Below, in pieces: positions 53,231-64,000 of a stretch of 64,000 nt of DNA (its first letter is position 1; each line of letters opens with the position of its first letter). The notes beneath the pieces are model-generated. The model was not told the origin of the DNA and ran no database searches. It was given only the letters and a program-made list of their open reading frames with translations. Source of the DNA: Octopus sinensis (Eukaryota); contig NC_043005.1 in the NCBI RefSeq assembly GCF_006345805.1, positions 15,686,001 through 15,750,000 of the forward strand, given 5' to 3'. Made by a program: the position numbers and the translations under genes.

Positions 53231-53414
53231 GATTGACGATAGATCGGTAGCCACAACACATTTTCTCTCCTTGTTTCTTTCTGTGTTCTTTCTGTGAAAG
53301 AGCATGGGCTCGAATCGTTGACTTTTTCAATTCCTGAGCATTATACTAATACATCTGTTTGTTTTCTACACCACCTGTCTTCGGTTTTGTTTTTTCGTGA
53401 ATTCTCCCCCTGTT
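53231..53414 (+). mobile_element. (TA)n-flanked element homologous to 15646-15830, with decayed hammerhead
   Basis: cttt CTGTGA a a GAGC atgg GCTC GAAT CGTT; shared TTCCTGAGC..ATACTAATACA..CCACCTG 3' region. Confidence 0.7.
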
Positions 53415-53428
53415 ATATATATATATTA

Positions 53429-53471
<43 letters not shown>

Positions 53472-53487
53472 TAGATAGAGAGATAGA

Positions 53488-53561
<74 letters not shown>

Positions 53562-55301
53562 ACCTGCTATACGTAATATTATTATGTTGAAAAGGTGATA
53601 GCATTCATTTTTGTGGAAATGACGCTCAGCAGTCGTGTTGCAGTTGAATTATTTTGAGTATGAATTCCTTTAAGTACCTACATATGGACAAGAACTCGGC
53701 TTTTTTTATTTAAAATATTTTGTGGCGGGATTTGCTATACTTTTTTGCGAAATATGAATGCACCTGAATAGAGAATTTTAGTTTCAACTTTTCTTTAGCT
53801 TATAAAAATGTTAATTCTACTATGCTTTAGTTTACAGTTGTTTTGAGGCACGGGGGTAAAGTCTCTAGATCTAAAAGTTTGCGGGTTATTTGTGTGTGTG
53901 TGTCTAATTTTAAATGTATTTCAATTTAATATGTATAGTTTCTCTTGTATGCACTGTATGCTTCTGCAGCTATAGCTTTTGTTCTGTACATAAGCACCTC
54001 TGTGTGACGTTTATCATCAAGTGGGTAGGACGTGGTTTCGATATAATCGCATTCCTGTTCCTGGATGGGTTGTTTCTATCTGTATGTGTTTGGTTTTAGC
54101 TGGATGTTTGGAGATTTTAGATAAGATACTACCTTAGCAAATGTAACCTATCTAAACCTTGTTCTGATATTCATGAGTTACAAGGGAAATATTTTCTTAT
54201 GAGTGACAGGAAATTACCAGCTGCGTTGGATAATACGCCCATACTATAGGGGCCGGCATAAACCTGATGATGCTTCATTTCCTAGCTCTACTATTTTTAT
54301 AAAACAAAAACATCGTGGGCATTGCTTGTTCTCCCTCTCGCTAACTTATGAAAATCATACACATCTTTATCCACTTCTCATAGTTTATTTTGTTAAAGAA
54401 TATTTATCACGAAGACTGCTTCTTCTGTCATGTTTCTTTCAACACCTCTCATAATAATTAGTGTACGTACAGCAATGATACATTCCTTTCACGTCTGGTT
54501 TCTCACAGTTTATACTGGGTCCTTATGATGTTGTTTATCGTTCTGTTATGATTATTTTCACAGTAGCTTATGATTAGAATTATAAACAACATCGTCATCT
54601 TTATTAGCAACAATATCAACAGCCACAGAACAGAACAGAAATATTAAATGTATGCACGTTCTTAGACACAGTCTGCTCATTTTGAATGGATCTCTTACGC
54701 GTCGCGTTGATAACATTCTTTGCATAAAGATACGTTGTTTTGTGCTTTCTTTCGTGAAGGAATGTTCAATGGTATTGCCTTCACAAATTCCAACTTACGT
54801 CTATTTACGACCCTTTATAAGATTGTAAATTTTTGTTCTTTGTATCAACAATTACTCTTTATGGACAAGAAAAGAACAACTAAGCAGTTATTCGAACTGA
54901 TACAAATAATAGGGAATTCTTCCTGAAATCACATTCTTCAGTCGTACGAGTGTGTCTCAACACGGTCTTTTGAGAGGCTGCTAAGACAATCGAATCTCTC
55001 TCAAATTACGTTCACCTAAAAAACGAAAAGAAGAAAAAAAGCTACTCTAGGATAGGAGTATAAAAACTACGTTTCATTACCAAGCTATGCTGAGCCAGTG
55101 TAGCAGTGTAAGCTCATCTCAAGCTCAAATTCACAGCCTCCATATCAGACCGTAGTTCGTGGGCAGAAAATGCTGAGGTCTTCGTCTTGAAATGGACTGG
55201 ACGTGAGCAATCCAATCCAATCCATACCGTTTCAAAGCCTGCTTTTCTTCCATTTGGCAAGGTTTTCCCTAGGAAACTTCTGTTCGCAATATTCATAATA
55301 A

Positions 55302-55530
55302 AGGCGGTGAGCTGGCAGAAACGTTAGCACGCCGGGCGAAATGCGTAGCCGTATTTCGTCTGCCGTTACGTCCTGAGTTCAAATTCCGCCGAGGTCGACT
55401 TTGCCTTTCATCCTTTCTGGGTCGATAAATAAAGTACCAGTTTCGCACTGGGGTCTATGTAATCGACTTAATCCCTTTGTCTGTCCTTGTTTGTCCCCTC
55501 TATGTTTAGCCCCTTGTGGGTAGTAAATAA
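55302..55530 (+). mobile_element. SINE family A, full length
   Basis: full consensus. Confidence 0.9.
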
Positions 55531-55701
55531 TTAAATATTCATGGATAACCGTGGCACTAGCCAAGAGGTGAAAACAGAAAATGTGAACCCAAAGTTTGCA
55601 ACAGACAACTCTACTAAAGATACCCAAGTGTTAGGTGGAGGAGTTAAAATAGTCGGGATGTCACATACAAACATACACACACACGTACACACACACACAC
55701 A

Positions 55702-55779
<78 letters not shown>

Positions 55780-56489
55780 ACAAACGCACATACACACAAG
55801 TCTATGTAATGTTAATTTCGTCTACACAGTATTTTCACATTAGTCATATTAGCGTTTGGAATTAGCAATCCATTATGCGTTTATCTTTCCATTATCTCTC
55901 AGTCTCTTTCACTCCTCTCCTCGTACGAATCCTTCTCTCACCCGTTACATCTCTTTTATCTGTTTCTCTCCTTTTTTCTTTCTCCTCCATTTCGTTCTGT
56001 CATTTCTTCATACTTTTTCTCTTTTAATTCTACCACCCCCACCTTGAAATTGCTTCTCTCATCTTCAATACTTTCTCTGTTACATCTTTGTGTTGTATGT
56101 GTGTTGTTGGTGTTGCTTAACCCCAGGTTAGCCCTGATCAAGCAGGCTTATGATCTCAAGCGCTTCAGCTGAGCCGTCTCATCATTTAGTATACAATGAT
56201 GCTAGAGTTCAAAGGATCCTTGATTTTTTTTAAGAGAACAGGGACGTGACTGAGAAAAATTTGGTTACGAGTTTTAGCAGGTCGAGCGATTGAATAAAAG
56301 CTCTATTGCTGGCACCTTTAGTATGCGTACCTTTAATCAAAGGTGTATGAGTAGGTGTGTGGATGTATATGCATAAAGTGTTTGGTTCGAGAGCGTTTGT
56401 ATGTGTTTGGTGAGTAAGGTGAGTAAATAAGTGTGTGTTAGTGAATAAATGTGTGAGTATGTGAATGAGAGAATGAGTGTGTGTGTGTG

Positions 56490-56526
<37 letters not shown>

Positions 56527-57137
56527 CGCGTGTGTGTGCGTGTGCGAGTGTATGAAAGCATAATTGAGTGAGTGAGCAAATAAATGTGAAAGTAAGGGTG
56601 TGAGTCAATCAGTGAGTGAGAGAATGTCTGAGTGTTGGTGTAGGTGAGTGAAGTGGCAAATGGCGGAGTGTGCTTGGTTGGCTATGGGCTGTGAAATAAT
56701 CTTATGAAATTAGTTGAATCGTTTATAATTAGATAAAAAGATCTATTAAAGACTATTTGTGCAAATAGGTGCAAGAAATTATGTTTATTCAGCCGTGATA
56801 CCTATTATTTAGCATCGGTAGTTTTAAAATGTGCAATCGGTCACGCGTGACTAATCTTCTTACCTTCCTGAAGGAGAGTCCATTCGAAACAGCTTCCAGC
56901 AACAACAATTATAACAAGAACAACAACACGAAAGAAAATCAACAGAAGAGAGATGAAACAAACAAGAAAAAGAACGTACACCCGGCAAAATCTTCACAAC
57001 ATGAACAACAGCAAGAACAATAACAGTCGGCTAACAATCTGCCTCAAAATCTAACTAAAATCACACCTCACTCTCTTAAGCTTTCAAAGTTACATAAAAT
57101 AGTGTAATTATAGACATACTGTTCCCGAAACAAAAAA

Positions 57138-57533
57138 TCTTTATATATAAAAGTGAGGTTGTGTGCTGTCTGTCTCCTACGATTTAGATTCCTAACTACT
57201 CCCACATTTTGCGGTGCAGATTAACCAAAACCGGGTATCTTATAGTCGTGATTCATATCGAGCCCTTCTGGGTATTAGCGCGCGTCTACGATGAGTCTAC
57301 GATTTAAAAAAAAATTACCATCAATTTTTCCCATTTTTAATGCATTTTTGGCATATATAAGGGAAGTAACTCTCTAAAAATTTATTATTAAATCTCAGAA
57401 CGTAAAAAGCTACAGTAACACCCCCACCTTTGTGGTTAGCCATATTGAGATGGCTATTATACTTTACATCTCTAAAAATGCTTATATAGTTATTTTCCTT
57501 ACAAACCCGAGCAACGCCGGGCGATACTGCTAG
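57138..57533 (+). mobile_element. non-autonomous Helitron (same family as 41785)
   Basis: A|TC...CCCGAGCAACGCCGGG hairpin...CTAG|T. Confidence 0.85.
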
Positions 57534-57954
57534 TATTAAATAAAAATTATTATTGTGGCTAAAACATATGTTCCTTGTAGCGTTCAAATTTCTGATTGAA
57601 ACCCTGTTGTGGATTAAACGTTGCCAGCCCAGACCATTAACAGTTTTCATGGGTCCCGGATTTTAGTTGAGATAGTCGATACCTTTCACTTGCAATAACA
57701 TTTTTCTTCAATCTTTTCTTAATAGTGGAAGCAATGAATGAAATCCTATGCACTCGCTCTCCTACAAAAAGTATGTCAGCGTCTACCTGTTAATTTTTTT
57801 ATGATGTGTATTGTTTGCGGTTAAATTTTGGCATTGTATCAATACATAAGTATGGCTTCCGTAATTAATGTTCTCTTTTTATTGGGGTATTTTATAGACT
57901 ATGCAAGTATGTTTCTCTCGTGCATTCTTACCTAGTTTTGTTTTGTGATATTTG

Positions 57955-58379
57955 CAGAGCCAGATTAATAACCATCGAGGCCCTAAGCACTTAAAAGAGT
58001 TTAGTGCCCCCATAAAAGATTATGTAATTCAAAATATAAACAATAACAAATCATAAAATAATTTTTTATTTTTCAAAATGAAACAAAACGGTATGAAGGA
58101 AAAAATGCTTATTTTTGTATAGTTCCACTTAATTTATATTTGAAAAGTTTCCTCCACCTTTTTTGAATTGCAAAGTCTTTGATCAGATCCTCAAAATTAA
58201 CCTTGAGTAACACATCTGCATCTATACTTGGTAGAAATAAAGGCATCTTGAATATTATTTTAGCAAGTTTAAAGTGATTTATTTTGTGCCGTGAACCATT
58301 TACCATTTCTGTGGTTCCCCATCCTTCCCTTGATGCCCTAAACACGTGCTTATTTAGCTTAATGGTTAATCCAGCGCTG
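57955..58379 (-). mobile_element. hAT deletion derivative
   Basis: TIR CAGAGCCAGATTA / TAATCCAGCGCTG; degenerate 8-bp TSD GATATTTG/GGTGTTTG; SIDADVLLKVNFEDLIKDFA resembles the hAT C-terminal dimerisation region. Confidence 0.7.
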
Positions 58380-58852
58380 GGTGTTTGGTATAATGTTTTG
58401 CAATAGTTCCATGTTGTAAGTGTGTAAGGAGCCTGAGAAGTAGTATATTATACTAGTATGTCCTGTGTTACAATTAGAGTCTTGAAGTTTACAACTTTCA
58501 GCTTTACAGTCCAATTTCTAGTTTTCATTAGTCATTCATAGTTTGTTCTTTTGCTAACATGCTTGTGATTATTAATAAGGAGGTTTCGTTTCTGTTACTA
58601 GTTTAACTTGATGGAATTTGTGTTCTCTGCTACCAGAGCTTTCATTATGTGTTCATCTTCTCGATATTAGAATGATGTAGAATCAATAAGCATCATCCTA
58701 TGGATTTGTTATTATTACACCATGAATAAAGGGGCGAGCTGCCAGAATCGTTAGAACAAGGGTTCTCAACTATTTTTTTTTATCTGTGGACCCCTTTGAT
58801 TACTATTTTATTCAGGTGGACCCCTGTAGTCATTCGATACTCTTTTATTCTT

Positions 58853-58919
58853 TTAAGCAACGTCGAGCCTAGTTAGTACTTAGATGGGTGACCGCTTGGG
58901 AAACCTAGGTGCTGTAAGC
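58853..58919 (+). pseudogene. 5S rRNA 3'-half fragment
   Basis: TTAAGCAACGTCGAGCCTAGTTAGTACTTAGATGGGTGACCGCTTGGGAAACCTAGGTGCTGTAAGC matches the 3' portion of metazoan 5S. Confidence 0.85.
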
Positions 58920-58932
58920 GTCACACATTATA

Positions 58933-59137
58933 GCCGCAGGAGTGGCTGTGTGGTAAGTAGCCTGCTTACCAACCACAAGGTTCCGAGTTCAGTCCCACTG
59001 CGTGACACCTTGGGCAAGTGTCTTCTACTATAGCCTCAGGCCGACCAAAGCCTTGTGAGTGGATTTGGTAGACGGAAACTGAAAGAAGCTCGTCGTATAT
59101 ATATATATATATATATACATACACACACACACACACA

Positions 59138-59179
<42 letters not shown>

Positions 59180-59392
59180 GTATATATGTGTGTGTGTTTG
59201 TGAGTCTGTGTTTGTCCCCCCAACATCGCTTGACAACTGATGCTGGTGTGTTTACGTCCCTGTAACTTAGCGGTTCGGCAAAAGAGACCGCTAGAATAAG
59301 TATTAGGCTTACAAAGAATAAGTCCTGGGGTCGATTTGCTCGACTAAAGGCGGTGCTCCAGCATGGCCGCAGTCAAATGACTGAAACAAGTA
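58933..59392 (+). mobile_element. SINE family B
   Basis: near full consensus. Confidence 0.88.
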
Positions 59393-59419
59393 AAAAAAAA
59401 CAAACAATGAGTTGTCACT

Positions 59420-59850
59420 TTCGATATATATTTTTCAATGTTTGTCCATGAGACTGAAAGAATCTGGTTTCCAAACCAAAACCCTCACCATGGAACTGGA
59501 TGCAAGAGGGTTTGGGCGAAAATCTATCTATGGTCTCATGAGTCGGCTCTCAATTTCTGGGAGAAAAAGAAGCAGAACTTTTGAAGCAATGCCTGAAGCA
59601 ACTGAGAAGAATTCCAACTGGATCTGGTCTAGGAGGAATGGAAATGCATCTCAGAAAAAGATTTACTCTATAGTCAACTGATGACTTCGATTGAACTGAT
59701 TGTAACACTCGCGATACCTTGGCCAGGAGGATTGGAATACAGATAGCAGTTTTGGCAAAGTGCGGCCCATCCGAGCCTCCTTAGAGTGCAATGAGTTAAG
59801 GACCGAAATCCTTGCATGAGGGGCGTTTTCTCTCTAAAGACCTGTTGTTT
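59420..59850 (+). pseudogene. HERO-like RLE LINE C-terminus and 3' UTR
   Basis: MELDARGFGRKSIYGLMSRLSISG...EATEKNSNWIWSRR resembles the EVGxRGF...AExxSxWxW motif. Confidence 0.65.
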
Positions 59851-60166
59851 AGCTATCTCTAGGGTTTCTTAGTACCTCATTATTTTTGCCATGTTTTTCT
59901 TTCATATAGCAGAATTCTGGACGATTTGATGGTCAAGTTTTCGCATAATGAGAATGGAAGGGCTGTACTTTGTTATTTGTTAATTTTTAGCAAGCGTTCG
60001 GTACCTGTAATGAGTAGTCTATTATTAGGGGTATTGGGAGAGGTAGACTACTGTAAACTTGATACTTTACTGGATGGAGTATCATAACAACAACAACAAT
60101 TACAATAACAATAATTGTAGAGAACGTTTTGTGTTTGTTTTCAATTTTTTTTGAAAAAATTTCCAT

Positions 60167-60575
60167 AGGCGTAGGAGTTGCTGTGTGGTAAGTTGCTTGC
60201 TTACGAGCCACATGGTTCCAGGTTCAGTCCCACTGCGTGGCACCTTGGGCAAGTGCCTTCTCCTATAGCTTCGGGCCGACCAAAGCCTTGTGAGTGGATT
60301 TGGTAGGCGGAAACTGAAAGAAGCCCGACGTATATATGTATATATATATATATGCGTGTGTATATGTTTGCGTGTCTGTGTTTGTCCCCCCAACATCGCT
60401 TGACAACCAGTGCTGATGTGTTTACGTTCCCGTAACTTAGTGGTTCGGTAAAAGGAGCCCGATAGAATAAGTACTAGGTTTACAAAGAATATGTCCTGGG
60501 GTCGATTTGCTCGACTAAAGGCGGTGTTCCAGCATGGCCACAGTCAAATGACTGAAACAAGTAAAAGAATAAAAG
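60167..60575 (+). mobile_element. SINE family B
   Basis: near full consensus. Confidence 0.88.
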
Positions 60576-61368
60576 AAAAGAAAGAATTTTTCGAACCATA
60601 TTTCTTTTTTTTTTTAGTCAGAAAAGGAGAACAACACACATAACTCCTTTCAGGAACCCCGTGACTGATGGTAGGAAGGGAAGAAGTTGTCCCCAATCCA
60701 AAGACCTGACTTGAATGCTTACAATATAGTGAAATCTGCTAAAGGGACCCAAAGGCCAAGTGACGGTGTTAAATCAGGCGTCAGGTTACATCGACTGCAT
60801 AAAGGTACACAGATACCACAAAACACTCAAGTCTTTTATGTGTGTATACGACAATCGCATTTATTAACTATCCTGACATCGCAAGATCTTTATTAAGCGT
60901 GAAGTGTGAAGAACTGATCTTTTGTGTCACGACACAACGTCACTAACTAACCGTAAATTACTTAACCTCTTTTTATTCTTTTTAGATAATGGTTGGAAAT
61001 GTCTGAAGAAAGGAAAAAAAATAAAAGTATAATTTCAATTGAAAGAAACATAAAGGATACCTTAGGCGAGACGAGACCTAAATAGATTTGAGACACATAC
61101 ATAGACACACGTGTTGATGTGTGTGTATGTGTGTGTGCGTGTGTGTGTGTGTGTTTCTGTGTGTACATGCACATACAGAAACACACACATACACACACCT
61201 ACACACAAGCACTCATATATACACTTATATGAATACAAAAATCGAAACACACATAGACAAGCACTGATGCGCGCACACACACACACATAACACACACACA
61301 CATGTATATACGTATATATGTGTGCATACATGTACATATGTGTGCATACATGTATATATGTGTGTGTG

Positions 61369-61752
61369 TGGAGGCGCAATGGCCCAGTGGTTAGGGCAGC
61401 GGACTCGCGGTCGTAGGATCGCGGTTTCGATTCCCAGACCGGGCGTTGTGAGTGTTTATTGAGCAAAAACACCTAAAGCTCCACGAGGCTCCGGCAGGGG
61501 ATGGTGGTGATCCCTGCTGTACTCTTTCACCACAACTTTCTCTCACTCTTACTTCCTGTTTCTGTTGTACCTGTATTTCAAAGGGCCGGCCTTGTCACTC
61601 TCTGTGTCATGCTGAATATCCCCGAGAACTACGTTAAGGGTACACGTGTCTGTGGAGTGCTCAGCCACTTACACGTTAATTTCACGAACAGGCTGTTCCG
61701 TTGATTCGGATCAACCGGAACCCTCGTCGTCGTAACCGACGGAGTGCTTCCA
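61369..61752 (+). mobile_element. SINE family C inserted in (TG)n
   Basis: near identical to 37145-37530. Confidence 0.9.
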
Positions 61753-61974
61753 TCCTATGTGTGTGTGTGTGTGTGTAGTTTTTACAACAAAAAGGTTAAC
61801 AGTAACTTCGAACTTTCTGTTACGTAGCCTTTACTGAGCTGTCCGATGAAGGTTAAATAATTGAAGCTTCGAAGTAACTTTTTCTTTGTAAAAATAAAAT
61901 AAACGATGTTATTTTCCCGAAAGTTATACAGTAATTCTTCAATTGGAAATATCTATCTATCCATCTATCTATCC

Positions 61975-62066
<92 letters not shown>

Positions 62067-62120
62067 ATCAATCTATCTATCTATCTGTCTGTCTGTCTAG
62101 CTATTTACCTATTTATTTAT

Positions 62121-62196
<76 letters not shown>

Positions 62197-63069
62197 ACAC
62201 ACGTACACACACACACACTTATAGAGAGAAAGAATTAGAGCGAGAGAGAGAAGGGTGTAAGATAAGAAAGAAGAGCGGGAAAGACAGGGGAGAGAGAGAA
62301 AAGAAAGGTATAAAAACGTGATATGTTACTTTCGTAACGCAAAGGATGCATAGACGTTGTGCTGGGAGTGACAAAGAAACAAAGAGCTAAAGGTAAAGGA
62401 AAAAGAATGTTGCATGTTAAGCAACTAAAAATGGCGGAAATAATTAAGTGTTAGAGTGTGTGTGCGCGCGCGCGCGTGCGTTGCTATTTATTTAGAGAAA
62501 TCGAGAAGAAAACTTGAGAACAAACGTTGACCTGTTCATTGGCAAAAGAAATATGTGGGGGAAGTTCAAAGTGGGGAGGACAGATAATAGGGTGTTTAAG
62601 AAGATATATGGGACAATATTCTGTCAAATAATCATCAGTTGAGGAGACAGTGAAGTGGCCCCGTTCTACGTCATTGCTGCTGCTGCTGTTGTTGTTGTTG
62701 TTGTTGTTGTTGAGTTTTAGGTTAACGCTAATTGAACTGAAGTATAATCAAAAGTAATTCAGCCGTGACCATCCTGTCGTTTTTTGGTGGGGGCACATCT
62801 AGGATTACTTTATTCTTTAATTTATTTTTAGTCATTGGACTGCGACCATGTTGGAGCACCACCTTGAACAAACCGACCCCTTTATTTATTTATTTATTTA
62901 TTTAAAAAAAACTGATGCTTCTTTTATCAGCAATGGTACAAATACCGTGTGCCCCATTTAGGTTGTCAAGCGGTTGTAGGGGACAAACACAAATCCAAAG
63001 ACACATGCATATAATAGATATATAAACATATATAAACATGTATATATATATATATATATTATATATATA

Positions 63070-63180
<111 letters not shown>

Positions 63181-63619
63181 ATATTACGACGGGTTTCTTT
63201 CAGTTTCTGTCTACCAAATCCGCTCACAAAGCTTTAATGGGCCCGAGGCTCTTGTAGAAGACACATGCCCAAGGTGCCACGCGGTAGGACTGAACTCGGA
63301 ACTATGTGGTTGAGAAGCAAGCTCCTTACCACAGAGCCACACTATATTTTTATCACGTTTTACAGTCTTTTACATCTCTTTCTCCCTATCCTTTATGCAA
63401 ATTCCACAGAAATTGTTTTCTGTCCTTGTGATGTCCCCCTCCTCTATTTCCCCTGTTGATAATAAAATTGCTATTATTATTATTATTATTTATTATTAAT
63501 TATTATTATTATTATTATTATTTATTTATTACTATTACATTACTATTACTATTATTATTATTATTATTTTATTATTATATATTATTGTTATTGTTATTAT
63601 TATTATATTATTATTATTA

Positions 63620-63659
<40 letters not shown>

Positions 63660-63753
63660 ATTATTATTATTGGGTCGATAAATTAGGTACCAGATCTAAC
63701 CGACTAGCCCCCTCAACCCAAATTTCAGGCCTTATGCCTATAATAAAAAGGAT

Positions 63754-63800
<47 letters not shown>

Positions 63801-64000
63801 TTGAGTGAGAGAGCAATGCATGGGATCAAAGTGACACTGGGGTAAAATATACGAAGCCCAGTATACCCATCATGACTACCCATTTGGTAAGGGTAAACCA
63901 GACACATGCACCACGACCTTATGTGCGCGACATGGTGATCTCATATCAAGCTAAACAGCGCATTACCTTGCAGGTGGGGCCCAGTTAGAAATTTCTTCAG

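Noticed and set aside
61831-61934. CCGATGA...CCC GAAA with CTGT/ACAG flanks
   Set aside because: Possibly a decayed variant hammerhead, but stem III and the cleavage triplet cannot be assigned.

Overview
AT-rich eukaryotic genomic DNA made almost entirely of repeats. The SINE and microsatellite content looks like an octopus (cephalopod) genome; this is inferred and unverified. I find no convincing host exon: most ORFs are microsatellite or SINE read-throughs. Content: three tRNA-derived SINE families (about 45 copies; representative ones listed), five copies of an 8-bp-TSD MITE carrying TTAGGG repeats, two non-autonomous Helitrons, hAT/mariner/Tc1 relics, degenerate non-LTR remnants (Tx1, R4/Dong, CRE, HERO-like, RTE, CR1), a 5S rRNA fragment and many microsatellites. 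The main signal is a set of short elements in or against (TA)n tracts that carry minimal type I hammerhead ribozymes with palindromic stem III: four with complete canonical cores, one truncated, and several variant or degenerate ones. Several of these elements form head-to-head fold-back palindromes. They are most likely terminal-repeat fragments of Penelope-like retroelements, but no PLE RT or GIY-YIG ORF is in the window. Coordinates were counted by eye, so repeat boundaries are approximate.
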